Assembly (NCBI GenBank): GCA_030447955.1
Contig: JAUJNY010000001.1
Location: 315,381-339,380, forward strand
From: Jiangellales bacterium
GTDB taxonomy: Bacteria > Actinomycetota > Actinomycetes > Jiangellales > Jiangellaceae
DNA length: 24,000 nt
Direction: 5' to 3'
The notes under the pieces were generated by a model. It ran no database searches. It was not told where the DNA came from and saw only the letters and a list, made by a program, of their open reading frames with translations. A program made the translations under genes and the position numbers. How positions within the stretch are numbered: position 1 is the stretch's first letter; the number at the start of each line of letters is the position of its first letter. Shown here piece by piece: positions 1 through 10,504 of this stretch.

Positions 1-521
1 GACGACTCCCGTCGAACTTCGTCGGTATCCCCGTCGCCAAGCAGCTGACTGAGCTGCTCAAGTCCCCGCGCAAGCCTGCTTTTCACCGTGCCGGCGGGTA
101 TGCCGAGCACGTCGGCGACCTGCCGCTCGCTGAGGTCGGCGTAGTAGCGCAGCATGACCACTGCACGCTGCTGCTCCGTAAGCGCACCGAGGGCCGCCAA
201 CACCGAGGCGCGCTGGGTGACCGCGGCAGCCGGGTCCTCCACCACTCGATGGGGGAGGCGCTCGGTGGGGGTCTCGCCCCACCACCTACGGCGTCGACTC
301 TTGGCCAGACAGTTGACAAGGATCCGGTAGACATAGGCGTCCGGTACAGCGGCCGACTGGACCTTGGCCCACCCGGTGTAGCAACGGATCAGCGTGGTTT
401 GCACGATGTCCTCCGCCTCCGTCCGTGAGCATCCGAGCAGAATGGCCGAGCGGACCAGCGGACCCCAGCGCATGTGGACGTACGTCACGTAGTCCGCATC
501 CGGGTCCGCATCCGGGTCCAT
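1..521 (-). CDS. ECF-type RNA polymerase sigma-70 family factor (SigE-family, actinobacterial type); 3' end runs off the window
   Basis: This frame is absent from the supplied ORF track because it has no stop in the window. My translation from ATG 521 is MDPDADPDADYVTYVHMRWGPLVRSAILLGCSRTEAEDIVQTTLIRCYTGWAKV...AYVYRILVNCLAKSRRRRWW...LTEQQRAVVMLRYYADLSERQVADVLGIPAGTVKSRLARGLEQLSQLL. It has a region 2 (AEDIVQ..L) and a region 4 HTH (GTVKSRL.RG) typical of ECF sigmas. Confidence 0.85.
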   Translation of the reverse strand, partial: MDPDADPDADYVTYVHMRWGPLVRSAILLGCSRTEAEDIVQTTLIRCYTGWAKVQSAAVPDAYVYRILVNCLAKSRRRRWWGETPTERLPHRVVEDPAAAVTQRASVLAALGALTEQQRAVVMLRYYADLSERQVADVLGIPAGTVKSRLARGLEQLSQLLGDGDTDEVRRES

Positions 522-554
522 TCAGTGCCCCGTTTCTCATCGGCTCTCCACTAG

Positions 555-582
555 CTGACCCGGCAGGAGACGATTCGGTTCC
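555..582 (-). promoter_or_regulatory. Candidate ECF-type (autoregulatory?) promoter upstream of the sigma gene
   Basis: The minus strand reads GGAAC (582->578), then an 18 nt spacer, then GTC (559->557), about 36 nt upstream of ATG 521. It resembles GGAAC-N16-18-(C)GTT ECF promoters, but the -10 part is weak. Confidence 0.3.
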
Positions 583-605
583 GTTGGCGCCTCAATCCAC
601 AACGG

Positions 606-1721
606 CTAGGTCGGCTGCTTGGCCAGTGATTGCCGCGCCACCCGATGCTGCTGTCGTACGGCCTCCAGCGGCCAGCTGCGAGTTAGCGTCCAGGTCACGG
701 CAGCGCCGACGGCGTGCCGGGGGGGACCGGGCTCACGAATCAGGACCTCTCCAGTTGGGGTCTCGACGAGATGGTCCGAGTGCGGCCCGCGGAAACGGAC
801 AACCCGGAGCCGTCCACGCAGCGAGCCGCCGAATTGTGCCCAGCCGGGCCGCACCAGCAGCGGCACTGTGTCACCCACCCGTGCCGCCGGAGGACGCCCG
901 ACTGTGACCACGTGGCCTTGCACCGCCACCGAGCAGCGGTCGCTGCGGGCGTCCACGACAACGCCGTTCACGACTGAGGCGGGGCCGGTCAGCCGGGCGG
1001 CCCACACGTCGACGGGCTCGGCGTACACCTGTTGGGGGGTTCCCAGCTGAACGAGCCGCCCTGCGTTTAGCAGCGCGACCCGGTCGGCGAGTCCGAGCGC
1101 CTCCTCGGCGTCATGGGTCGCGTACAGGCCACCGGCGCCGCTCACCTCCCGCCGGACGACCAGCTCGTCAAGGAAAACCCCCCGGACGTGGGTGTCCAGA
1201 TGCGCTGTCGGCTCGTCGAAGAGATAGAGGGACGCCCGCCGGGCCAGCGCGCGGGCCAGTCCGACCCGCTGCTGCTCACCGCCCGAAAGCTCCGCCGGCC
1301 GTCGGTTGGCGAGGTGGGCGATCCGGAGCCGGTCGAGGATCTCCAGCGCCTCCTCACGGGCTGCCCGCCGGCCGGAGCCGCTGCGCCTGATCGGGTAAGC
1401 GACGGTGTCCAGCGCAGACAGGTGCGGCCAGAGGGCGTAGCTCTGGAAGACGACGGCGACGTCACGACGTTCCGGGGGCTCTGCCTGTCGCGAGGTCGCC
1501 ACCCGCCGACCGTTCAGCCAGACCTCTCCAGTCGTCGGCGGCCGGAATCCGGCGACGGTGTGCAGCAGGGTCGACTTGCCCGAGCCAGATGGGCCGAGGA
1601 GGGCCAGCATCTCCCCGCGGCGTACCCGCAGGCTCACTCCGTCCACGGCGATGGCCCCGTCGTAGGCGACGGTGAGGTCTCGCACCGCGACGACGTCTGG
1701 GCTGGGCGCGTCAGCGGGCAT
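606..1721 (-). CDS. ABC transporter ATP-binding protein, Fe(III)/polyamine importer type (FbpC/PotA-like) with a C-terminal TOBE-like domain
   Basis: 371 aa. Walker A GPSGSGKST, signature LSGGEQQRV, Walker B LYLFDEPTAHLD. Overlaps the permease stop by 11 nt, suggesting translational coupling. Confidence 0.9.
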   Translation of the reverse strand: MPADAPSPDVVAVRDLTVAYDGAIAVDGVSLRVRRGEMLALLGPSGSGKSTLLHTVAGFRPPTTGEVWLNGRRVATSRQAEPPERRDVAVVFQSYALWPHLSALDTVAYPIRRSGSGRRAAREEALEILDRLRIAHLANRRPAELSGGEQQRVGLARALARRASLYLFDEPTAHLDTHVRGVFLDELVVRREVSGAGGLYATHDAEEALGLADRVALLNAGRLVQLGTPQQVYAEPVDVWAARLTGPASVVNGVVVDARSDRCSVAVQGHVVTVGRPPAARVGDTVPLLVRPGWAQFGGSLRGRLRVVRFRGPHSDHLVETPTGEVLIREPGPPRHAVGAAVTWTLTRSWPLEAVRQQHRVARQSLAKQPT

Positions 1722-3378
1722 GCGCGAGGCTCCGCACGCGAGGATCGCTGAGGCGGCGAGGGGAGCCCAGCCACCGGATCAGCATCCACAACAACACCGC
1801 CGGCACGAGCATGACCAAGGTCAGCAGCACCGAGAGCGCTGCTGTCGCCCCGATGCGGCCGAGCTCCCCACTGTTGAGGACGACGACGGCGAGGGTTTCG
1901 CCGTCCGGCCCGTAAAGGAGGCTCGACATGGTCACCTCGTGCAGAGCGGTGACGAAGCAGACGAGCCAGGCGCCGAGAAGAGCTGGCGCGAGCGGCCGCA
2001 ACGCCACAGTGCGTACGGCCGTCAGGGAGTTGGCGCCACTTGCGCGCGCCGCCTGCAGCTCGCCGGCCGGGAGCCGATCCAGCGCCCCCGAGATGGGACG
2101 GTGCGCGAACGCCCACAGCTTGGCGAGGTAGGCGAGCAGGATCAGCGTCAAGGTGCCGCCGAGCCAGCGGCCGTACGTCATGAGCAGGGCCACGGCGAGG
2201 GTGGACCCGGGGAGCACCAGCGTGACGGTCACTAGACTGGCCATCGCACGCCCGCTGCGTTGCCGCTCCAGGACCGCGACGGCCCCGCCCAGCACGGTGA
2301 GCAACGCCGCCGCAGTGACGGCGAGCACGGCGCTGCGTCCCAGCGCCTCCACATTGCGTGCGTTGAGGACGAACCGGAAGTTGTCGAGGGTCCAGTTGCT
2401 CGGTGTCGGGCTCACACCGACCGCAGGGGTGATCGCGGCGGAAACCAGCGCCACCATCGGGAGGACGACGCCCAGCAGCAGGTATCCGCCGAGCCCGGTG
2501 GCGATCCAGCGACCGGTGGCACCGGGCGGGGTCACGATCGGCGCGCCCTCAGGGGCGGCTACCCGGGTGACGCGCAGCCGGGGTCCCAGCCACAGATCTG
2601 CGGGAACCACCACGATCACGGTGAGGACGACCAGCAGCAGCGCCAGGGCGAGGGCTTCGACGAAAGAGATCGGGTCGCTGCCGAGCGAAAGGTCGCGATA
2701 GATCGTCGTGGTCACCGTCGTGAAACCGGCGGGGGTGCCCATCACCTGGGGGATCGCGAAGCTCTCCAGGGTCAGCACGAAGGACAGCACGGACGCCGCG
2801 GCGATCGAAGGGCGCAGCAGCGGCAGCGTCACGTTGCGCAGCACCGATCCGGGCCGAGCCCCGGACGCCCGCGCCGCCCGGTCGAGGTTGGGCTCGGCTC
2901 GGGTGGCGAGGCCGACGGCGGCGAGCAGGTATGTCAACGGCACGGTGTTGACCACCAGCACTGCCCACACGCCCCAGGGACCGTGAACCGAAGGCCATGG
3001 CACGCCCAAGACGGTGTCGGTGAAACCAGCCCGGGCGTAGGCCTGAGTCCAGCTGTAGCCGAGCACGTACTGGGGAACGAGCACGGGCAGCAACATCGCG
3101 AACCGCCACCACCGCCGACCCGGCACGTCGGCTCGACGCAGCCCCAGCGCCACCAGAGTCCCCACCGGGACGGCGACCACGGTGACGGCGACTGAGAGCA
3201 GGACGGTGTTGACGATGGAGTCGCCGAGACTCGGCCGGCCGATCACTTCGTCCAGGCTTGCCGACCCCTCGGTCCAGACGACGTACGCCAGCCGAAAGAT
3301 CGGCAGGACGACGAGCAGTGCGATGACGGCGCCAACAGCCAGCAGCCCGGCCCGCGGCGCTAGACGCGCGGACCGCAT
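1711..3378 (-). CDS. ABC transporter permease, duplicated (two-domain) FbpB-type iron(III) transport permease
   Basis: 555 aa, highly hydrophobic, with two internal repeats of a binding-protein-dependent permease domain. Lies 3 nt downstream of the SBP stop. Confidence 0.9.
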   Translation of the reverse strand: MRSARLAPRAGLLAVGAVIALLVVLPIFRLAYVVWTEGSASLDEVIGRPSLGDSIVNTVLLSVAVTVVAVPVGTLVALGLRRADVPGRRWWRFAMLLPVLVPQYVLGYSWTQAYARAGFTDTVLGVPWPSVHGPWGVWAVLVVNTVPLTYLLAAVGLATRAEPNLDRAARASGARPGSVLRNVTLPLLRPSIAAASVLSFVLTLESFAIPQVMGTPAGFTTVTTTIYRDLSLGSDPISFVEALALALLLVVLTVIVVVPADLWLGPRLRVTRVAAPEGAPIVTPPGATGRWIATGLGGYLLLGVVLPMVALVSAAITPAVGVSPTPSNWTLDNFRFVLNARNVEALGRSAVLAVTAAALLTVLGGAVAVLERQRSGRAMASLVTVTLVLPGSTLAVALLMTYGRWLGGTLTLILLAYLAKLWAFAHRPISGALDRLPAGELQAARASGANSLTAVRTVALRPLAPALLGAWLVCFVTALHEVTMSSLLYGPDGETLAVVVLNSGELGRIGATAALSVLLTLVMLVPAVLLWMLIRWLGSPRRLSDPRVRSLAHAR

Positions 3379-3381
3379 CCC

Positions 3382-4374
3382 TCAGCCGCCGAAAATCTGC
3401 TCGTAGTCGGCCAGCAGGGCGTCCTTGTTCGCGGTGACCTGCGACCAGTTCGGATAGACCACCGGGGCGTCGGCTGGAACCTCTGGACCTTCGACGCCAG
3501 GCCGCGTTGGGTAGGAGCCCGCCTCCGCCACGACCTGCTGTCCCGGCTCGCTGACGACGTAGGAGATGAAGTCCTTGGCCAGCGTGGAATTTCCGCTCTC
3601 TCGGGCCAGCGCGATCGGCCCGTAGATCGCGACCGCGCCCGGTTCGGGCCACTCGACTTCGATCGGCGATCCGGAGTCGCGTGCCAGGTAGGCGGAGTTC
3701 GCGATCGTGATTCCGGCCTGATAGAGCCCCTGCGCGACCCCGGCCGTCACCTCGTCGGGCGTGCTGAGCTGCTCGGCCCCCCGCTCCTTCAGCGTGGAGT
3801 AGAAGTCGAGCCCGTAGCCGGGCGCCTGGGCGAAGTAGGCCAGCGCCCCGAGCGCGGAAGCTGCGGTGTTCGGGTCCGGGACGGCTACGGGCTCGTAGTC
3901 GGGGCCGGCGAGGTCTGACCAGCTGCTGGGTGCGGGGACGTCGTCGTGGTAGGCCGCCACCATGTACAGCAGCGCGACGCCCACGTAGTCGTCGGTCCGG
4001 AACTGCTCGGGGATGTCGGCTGCCTCCTCCGGGGTCCAGCCGCCGACCAGGTCCTGGTCGACGTACCCCTGCATGGAGAGCGGGTCGCAGGCCCAGATCA
4101 CGTCGGCCTCCAGCCCGCCTGACCGCACGTCCCCAGCGATCCTTGCGTTGAGGTCTCCGGTCGTGGCGCGGAACAGCTTGACGTCGGTGCCCGGGTGCTC
4201 CGACTCGAACTGCGAGATGACCGGCTGGATCGTCTCGTCACTGACGCAGGTATAGAGCGTGATCGCCTCCGACTCTCCTCCCGACCCCGAGCTGCAAGCG
4301 AGCGGCAGCAGGACGAGCGGCAGGAGGGCGAGCCGTCGCCTGAGGCCCAGACGTTCGGCTCCAGGCGCCAGCAT
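3382..4374 (-). CDS. Extracellular solute-binding lipoprotein of the ABC importer (FbpA/AfuA-like iron-binding family)
   Basis: The ORF track gives 3382..4428. I prefer ATG 4374 (MLAPGAERLGLRRRLALLPLVLLPLACSSG), which yields a signal peptide plus an L-A-C lipobox. The remainder resembles periplasmic Fe3+-type binding proteins. Confidence 0.85.
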   Translation of the reverse strand: MLAPGAERLGLRRRLALLPLVLLPLACSSGSGGESEAITLYTCVSDETIQPVISQFESEHPGTDVKLFRATTGDLNARIAGDVRSGGLEADVIWACDPLSMQGYVDQDLVGGWTPEEAADIPEQFRTDDYVGVALLYMVAAYHDDVPAPSSWSDLAGPDYEPVAVPDPNTAASALGALAYFAQAPGYGLDFYSTLKERGAEQLSTPDEVTAGVAQGLYQAGITIANSAYLARDSGSPIEVEWPEPGAVAIYGPIALARESGNSTLAKDFISYVVSEPGQQVVAEAGSYPTRPGVEGPEVPADAPVVYPNWSQVTANKDALLADYEQIFGG

Positions 4375-4532
4375 GCGACGGAGCCTACGGGCAGGTGGCG
4401 CGACCGTTGGAGGACGACTTCCCCGCACCGCGTAAGGCGGACGGCGCCTGAATTCGCCTGCCCGCGACGCCTCGTCGAGCCGAGGTGCCAGGGCGGCGCC
4501 GGGGCATGAGTCGGCGGTTCACGCGTTCAGGG

Positions 4533-5000
4533 TCAGAGCGACTTGGTCAGTCGGACGTCTTCCTCGGCGTAGCCGAGCGCCTCGTAGAAGGCGCGCGCGG
4601 CGCGGTTGGCGGCTCCCGTCTCGAGCGTGAGAAGGCAGAGCCCGCGTCGCCGAGCCCAGTCCTCCGCGGCGGCCATCAGCGCGCTGCCGACGCCACGGCG
4701 TACGGCCGAAGCAGCCACGACCAGCTCACCGACGTACCCGTCCAGCTGCCCGCTGAAGTGGCGTCGCTCGGACACAGCGACCAGGCCGAGCAGCTCTTGG
4801 CCGGCCACGGCGACCAGGACGGCTCGCCCAGCGTGCTCCGCGGTGTCCAACGACCCGGCCACCCAGGTGCGAACGGCACCGCGGACGGCGTCCGGATCGC
4901 GCCAGTCCGCGACGCCTTCTCCCAGCCGCGGTGCCAGGGCCATCGCGGCCGGCCGATCCGTTGGGTGGTAGCGGCGAACCTGCACGTTGGACGTGTCCAC
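4533..5000 (-). CDS. GNAT family N-acetyltransferase
   Basis: 155 aa. Acetyl-CoA binding motif region VAASAVRRGVGSALM (Q/RxxGxG/A) and a C-terminal AFYEALGY motif. Confidence 0.85.
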   Translation of the reverse strand: MDTSNVQVRRYHPTDRPAAMALAPRLGEGVADWRDPDAVRGAVRTWVAGSLDTAEHAGRAVLVAVAGQELLGLVAVSERRHFSGQLDGYVGELVVAASAVRRGVGSALMAAAEDWARRRGLCLLTLETGAANRAARAFYEALGYAEEDVRLTKSL

Positions 5001-5024
5001 GCCTCGAGAGTGGCACCCCGCGCG

Positions 5025-5041
5025 GCCTTCAATAAAGGCCG
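5025..5041 (-). terminator. Small hairpin between the ppa stop and the GNAT start (possible weak terminator or attenuator)
   Basis: GGCCTT-caata-AAGGCC, a perfect 6 bp stem in an unusually AT-rich patch. No clear U-tract. Confidence 0.25.
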
Positions 5042-5044
5042 AGG

Positions 5045-5677
5045 TCAGCTCGGCGGTGGAGTCCCTGCTGGAGCGCCGCTGGGCGGCGAAGCCTCGCTGG
5101 TCGCTGAAGCCTGGCTAGGCGGCGGAGCCTCGTCCGGCGGCGCAGCCTCGGCCGGCGGCGGTACATCTTCGCGCGGGTCCTCCAGGTGGGTGGTACCTGC
5201 CTCGCGGGCACGCTGGTACGACTCGCGGATCTCCGCCTCCGCCGCTCGCCGACCCACCCAGGTGGCGCCCTCGACCGACTTGCCTGGCTCGAGGTCCTTG
5301 TAGACCTCGAAAAAGTGCTGGATCTCCAGCCGGTCGTACTCCGGCATGTGGTGGATGTCGCGCAGGTGCTCCAGCCGCGGGTCCTCGGCTGGTACAGCGA
5401 TGACCTTGTCGTCGCCGCCCTTCTCGTCGCTCATCCGGAACATGCCGATCGCGCGGGCGCGGATGAGACAGCCGGGAAAGGTGGGCTCTTGCACGAGGAC
5501 GAGCACGTCGAGCGGGTCACCGTCGAGGCCGAGGGTGTCGTCCACGAACCCGTAGTCGGCGGGGTACTGCGTCGCGGTGAACAGCGTCCGGTCCAGCTTG
5601 ATGCGGCCGCTGACGTGGTCCAGCTCGTACTTGTTGCGGTTCCCTTTGGGGATCTCGATCGTGACGTCGAAGTCCAC
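5045..5677 (-). CDS. ppa: Inorganic pyrophosphatase (family I) with a Pro/Ala/Ser/Glu-rich C-terminal tail
   Basis: Within ORF 5045..6235 the homologous part starts at GTG 5677: [21 protein letters not shown]...[21 protein letters not shown], which aligns with the start of M. tuberculosis Ppa ([12 protein letters not shown]...). The upstream 186 codons overlap dacB on the other strand and are rejected. Confidence 0.9.
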   Translation of the reverse strand: MDFDVTIEIPKGNRNKYELDHVSGRIKLDRTLFTATQYPADYGFVDDTLGLDGDPLDVLVLVQEPTFPGCLIRARAIGMFRMSDEKGGDDKVIAVPAEDPRLEHLRDIHHMPEYDRLEIQHFFEVYKDLEPGKSVEGATWVGRRAAEAEIRESYQRAREAGTTHLEDPREDVPPPAEAAPPDEAPPPSQASATSEASPPSGAPAGTPPPS

Positions 5678-5764
5678 GGCTGCTCCGCGTGCGAGGGTCG
5701 GGGTGCTCGGGGCCGCCCCAGTGTCCCCTACGGTCGAGAACGCTGACACGAGGCGTGAGGTGGT

Positions 5765-7243
5765 GTGCCGGTGCGGGAACGCAGGACGGCGCTGGCCGCG
5801 CTCGCGGCCGTGCTCGCCGGGCTCCTCGCCGCAGGCGTTGTCCTGGTGGCCAGTCCCGTTGCCCGGAACTCCGTCCGGAGCAGCGTCAGCGACGCCCTCG
5901 GGGCGGCGCAGCCCGGCGGGGCGAGCGATCGACCCCACGGAGGGGGGACGCGACCGCAGTCGCCGTCGGCATCGCAACCGGTGGTGCGGCTGGTGGCGGA
6001 CCCCGTGCTGGGCACCGCCCGACCCGAGCCGGTCCGCAAGGGACGCTCGTACGACTCCGTCCTCGACCCGCTGCTGGATGACTCCGCGCTGGGCAGCCGG
6101 GTCGGGGCCGCGGTGCTCGACCTGCGCGCCGGGCGCATCGTCTACGCACGCGGCTCGGGGCGGGAGTACACGCCGGCGAGCACCGCGAAGCTCTTCACCG
6201 CGCTTGCCGCGCTGGCCACTCTGGGACCGCAGCATCGGTTCGTGACGACAGTGGTGCCTGCCCGGCGGGGCCGCATCGTGCTGGTCGGTGGAGGCGACCC
6301 CCTGCTCTCGGCGACCACTCCCGGGGTGAGCTCCACCGACGTTCCCTCCCTGACGTCACTGCCCGCGCTCGCTCGGCACACCGCAGCACGCCTGCTCGAG
6401 CGCGACCGCTCCCGGGTGCGACTCGCGGTGGACGACTCGCTGTTCGTCGGACCTGCCGTGTCCGCCGCCTGGGAGAAGTCCTACGTCCCCTCCGGCGTCG
6501 TCGCGCCGGTCAGCGCCCTCGCCGTCGACGGCGGCCGGCTCGAGCCCGGCCTGGCCGCGCGGGCGCCGGATCCGGCGCTCGCGGCCGGCCGGGTGTTCGC
6601 CGCCGCGCTCGAACGGGCCGGAGTCGAGGTCGCCGGTCGAGTCGTCCGTACGGCGGCGCCACGTGACGCCGCGGCGCTGGCCCGGTCGAGGTCGGCGCCG
6701 CTGTCCGCCGTGGTCGAGCAGGTGCTGGCCAGCAGTGACAACGACGGCGCGGAGGTCCTCATCCGGCACGTCGCCCTCGCCGAGCAGCGCACAGGCTCCT
6801 TCGCCGGTTCGCGCCGCGCCCGTACGGCGGTGCTCCAGCGACTCGCCCTCCCGCTCGCGGACGCCGTGCTGCCCGACGGCAGCGGACTGGCTCGGGGTGC
6901 CCGGGTGAGCCCGCGCCTGCTGGTGAGGGCGTTGGGCGTCGCCGCCTCGACGAGGCACCCGGAGCTGCGCCCCGTCATCACCGGGCTACCGGTGGCCGGC
7001 TTCTCCGGGACCCTGGTCGACCGCTTCGTCGACGGGGCAGCGGCGTCGGCCGGTGGACTCGTCCGCGCCAAGACCGGGACCCTCACCGGGGTGACGTCCC
7101 TCGCCGGAGTCGCCACCTCCGCCGCCGGTCGGGTCCTGGCGTTCGCGCTGCTGGCCGATCACGTGGACCCCGCCGCCGTCCTTGAGGCGCGAGCAGCCCT
7201 CGACGAAGCCGCCGCGGCACTGGCCCAGTGCGGCTGTCGCTGA
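5765..7243 (+). CDS. dacB: D-alanyl-D-alanine carboxypeptidase/endopeptidase (PBP4 / DacB family)
   Basis: 492 aa. N-terminal TM/signal segment, SxxK motif (PASTAKL), SxN (SSDNDG), KTG (KTGTL). GAGGTG lies 4 nt upstream of GTG 5765. Divergent from ppa, as in mycobacteria. Confidence 0.88.
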   Translation: MPVRERRTALAALAAVLAGLLAAGVVLVASPVARNSVRSSVSDALGAAQPGGASDRPHGGGTRPQSPSASQPVVRLVADPVLGTARPEPVRKGRSYDSVLDPLLDDSALGSRVGAAVLDLRAGRIVYARGSGREYTPASTAKLFTALAALATLGPQHRFVTTVVPARRGRIVLVGGGDPLLSATTPGVSSTDVPSLTSLPALARHTAARLLERDRSRVRLAVDDSLFVGPAVSAAWEKSYVPSGVVAPVSALAVDGGRLEPGLAARAPDPALAAGRVFAAALERAGVEVAGRVVRTAAPRDAAALARSRSAPLSAVVEQVLASSDNDGAEVLIRHVALAEQRTGSFAGSRRARTAVLQRLALPLADAVLPDGSGLARGARVSPRLLVRALGVAASTRHPELRPVITGLPVAGFSGTLVDRFVDGAAASAGGLVRAKTGTLTGVTSLAGVATSAAGRVLAFALLADHVDPAAVLEARAALDEAAAALAQCGCR

Positions 7244-8200
<957 letters not shown>

Positions 8201-8219
8201 TCGTCTCGAACCGCGCAGC

Positions 8220-8252
8220 GGCCCGCACCGGTTCTCGGTGCGGGCCGTTTCG
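8220..8252 (+). terminator. Intrinsic terminator after rpf
   Basis: Perfect 11 bp GC-rich stem GGCCCGCACCG (8220-8230), loop gttct, CGGTGCGGGCC (8236-8246), followed by GTTTCG. It starts 20 nt after the rpf stop. Confidence 0.65.
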
Positions 8253-8335
8253 CTGTCCAGCGCCCGGTTGAGGAGCAATCCCGCGTCACCTCCAGCGCCC
8301 CGACCGCCCGCGCGGTCGGCACGTACGGTTGTCCC

Positions 8336-9478
8336 ATGACCGACCCCAGCGGTGACGCTGCTCCCGACCTCGTCGACTGGAACCTCGCGGTCAGTACCGC
8401 CCGCCGGCTCACCCGTCCCGGCCCCGAGGTCAGCCGCGCCGAGGCCCGCAGCGTCGTCGCGGACCTGCGCGACCTTGCCGCCAAGGCCGAGGGCCACGTA
8501 CGTGGCTACACCGGCCTGTACGCCGAGAGCGGGACCGCACCGGTCGTGGTGGTCGACCGTGCCGGGTGGGTGCAGGCGAACGCCGACGGCATGCGCATCG
8601 TGCTCCGCCCGCTCATGGCCAAGATCGCCGCCCGCCGAGCCGCCGGGGCGTGGGGCCCCACGGGCGGCCTCGCGGACGTCGTCGGCCCGCGGGTCACCGG
8701 TGCCGAGACCGGCGCTCTGTTCGCCTTTCTCTCCTCCAAGGTGCTCGGCCAGTTCGACCCGTACTGGGCCGCGCCCGCCGGCCCGGAAGCCCCCGGGTCG
8801 GTCTCCTCGGGGCGGCTGCTGCTCGTCGCGCCCAACGTCGTCCAGGTCGAGCGCGAGCTGGGTGTGGACCCCCGCGACTTCCGCATGTGGGTGTGCCTCC
8901 ACGAGGAGACCCATCGGGTGCAGTTCACCGCCGTGCCGTGGCTGCGCGACCACGTCCGCGCCGAGATCGCCGCCTTTCTCGAGGCGACCGACATCGAACC
9001 GGCGGTGCTTGTCGCTCGGCTGCGCAAGGTCCTCAGTGGGCTGGTGGAGTCGCTGCGCAGGGGTGACGCCGGGGACCTGTCGCTCCTCGACCTCGTGCAG
9101 TCGCCGGAGCAACGTGCGGTGCTCGAGCGCCTCACCGCGGTCATGTCACTGCTGGAAGGGCACGCCGAGGTCGTCATGGACGAGGTGGGCCCCGACGTGG
9201 TCCCGTCGGTGGCGAGGATCCGGGAGCTCTTCCAGTCGCGGCGGGCCGGCAGCGGACAGCTCGACCGGCTGCTGCGCCGCCTGCTCGGCCTGGAAGCCAA
9301 GATGCGCCAGTACCGCGATGGCGCGATCTTCGTACGGGCGGTCGTCGAGCAGGTCGGGATGGACGGCTTCAACCGCGTCTGGCAGAGCCCGCAGCACCTG
9401 CCGCGACCGGAGGAGATCATCGACCCGCAGGCCTGGGTGACCCGGGTGCACGGCAACCCCGCCCTCGGGCCGGCCTGA
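8336..9478 (+). CDS. Zinc-dependent metalloprotease, DUF2342 family (Rv3626c-like)
   Basis: 380 aa. HExxH motif in VCLHEETHRVQF. Its position between dacB and tilS is conserved in actinobacteria. A TACGGT -10-like hexamer at 8324-8329 lies 6 nt before the ATG, so the mRNA may be leaderless. Confidence 0.8.
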   Translation: MTDPSGDAAPDLVDWNLAVSTARRLTRPGPEVSRAEARSVVADLRDLAAKAEGHVRGYTGLYAESGTAPVVVVDRAGWVQANADGMRIVLRPLMAKIAARRAAGAWGPTGGLADVVGPRVTGAETGALFAFLSSKVLGQFDPYWAAPAGPEAPGSVSSGRLLLVAPNVVQVERELGVDPRDFRMWVCLHEETHRVQFTAVPWLRDHVRAEIAAFLEATDIEPAVLVARLRKVLSGLVESLRRGDAGDLSLLDLVQSPEQRAVLERLTAVMSLLEGHAEVVMDEVGPDVVPSVARIRELFQSRRAGSGQLDRLLRRLLGLEAKMRQYRDGAIFVRAVVEQVGMDGFNRVWQSPQHLPRPEEIIDPQAWVTRVHGNPALGPA

Positions 9479-9491
9479 CGCGCAGCCTCCC

Positions 9492-10469
9492 GTGGGCCCG
9501 GACCCGCAGACCGCAGCCTGCCGGCTGGCCGTACGTCGCTGCCTCACCGACCTGCCCCCCGGGGCGCTGGTGCTCGCCGCCTGCTCGGGTGGGGCCGACT
9601 CCTACGCGCTGGCGGTTGCGCTGGCCTTCGAGGGGCCGCGGGCAGGGCTGCGGGTCGGGGCGCTGACCGTCGACCACGGCCTGCAGTCCGGCTCCGGTGA
9701 GCGCGCCGAGCGCGTCGCCCAAGAACTGCGCGTGCTGGTGCTGGACCCGGTGGAGGTGTTGTCGGCCCCGGTGGGCGGGCGCGATGGTCCAGAGGGCGCC
9801 GCCCGGGCGGCGCGCTACGCAGCGCTGGAGGAGGCGGCGCGACAGCACGGGGCCGCCACCGTGCTGCTCGGGCACACCCGCGACGACCAGGCCGAGACGG
9901 TCCTGCTCGGGCTCGCCCGCGGCTCCGGCGCACGTTCGCTTTCCGGCATGCGGCCGCGCACCGGTTGCTACCGCCGGCCGCTGCTCGACCTACCGCGCTC
10001 GACGACCCTCGCCGCCTGCCGGGCGGCGGGACTCGTGCCGTGGGAGGACCCGCACAACGCCGACCCCGTCTTTGCCCGGGCGCGCGTGCGCCACGCGGCA
10101 CTGCCGGCACTCGAAGACACGCTTGGGCCGGGGGTCGCCGATGCGCTCACCCGCACCGCCCGGCTGCTGCGCGACGACGCTGACGCCCTCGACGCCTGGG
10201 CTGGGCGGGCGGCCGCCGAGTGCGCCCGGCCCGGTGAGACTTACGACGTCGCCGCCCTGGCCGCGCTGCCGGCGGCCGTACGACGCCGGGTGCTGCGTGC
10301 CGCCGCCCTCGGCGGGGGAGCCCCCCCGACGGACCTCGCTTGCGCCCACATCGACGCGCTCGAGGCCCTGGTGCTCAACTGGCACGGGCAGCGTGGCGTC
10401 GACCTCCCGGGTGGGCTGCGCGGATGGCGCAGGGGCAGCGTGATCCGGGTCGAGCGGGTGCCGCGCTGA
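9492..10469 (+). CDS. tilS: tRNA(Ile)-lysidine synthetase
   Basis: 325 aa. PP-loop motif ACSGGADS, then LGHTRDDQAETVLL, typical of TilS/MesJ. Located upstream of hpt as in most bacteria. Confidence 0.9.
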   Translation: MGPDPQTAACRLAVRRCLTDLPPGALVLAACSGGADSYALAVALAFEGPRAGLRVGALTVDHGLQSGSGERAERVAQELRVLVLDPVEVLSAPVGGRDGPEGAARAARYAALEEAARQHGAATVLLGHTRDDQAETVLLGLARGSGARSLSGMRPRTGCYRRPLLDLPRSTTLAACRAAGLVPWEDPHNADPVFARARVRHAALPALEDTLGPGVADALTRTARLLRDDADALDAWAGRAAAECARPGETYDVAALAALPAAVRRRVLRAAALGGGAPPTDLACAHIDALEALVLNWHGQRGVDLPGGLRGWRRGSVIRVERVPR

Positions 10470-10504
10470 GCGAGGGTTGCGGGGTGCCGCGCTGACGCAG
10501 CGCT

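Noticed and set aside
495-518. 12 bp tandem duplication CCGCATCCGGGT x2, giving (DPDA)x2 at the N-terminus of the ECF sigma
   Set aside because: The duplication is real in the sequence, but it is a trivial in-frame slippage in a non-conserved N-terminal tail. No functional implication can be supported.
581-605. Hairpin CCGTTG-N13-CAACGG after the ABC ATPase stop, as a terminator
   Set aside because: It has only a 6 bp stem with a 13 nt loop and no U-tract, which is too weak to call.
4375-4532. Possible TPP or other riboswitch upstream of the ABC importer SBP gene
   Set aside because: The minus-strand leader lacks the CUGAGA and ACCUGAUCUGGAUAAUGCCAGCG-type TPP blocks and any other motif I recognise.
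5678-6235. N-terminal 186-codon extension of the ppa ORF
   Set aside because: It has no homology and overlaps dacB on the opposite strand. The PPase alignment begins at GTG 5677.
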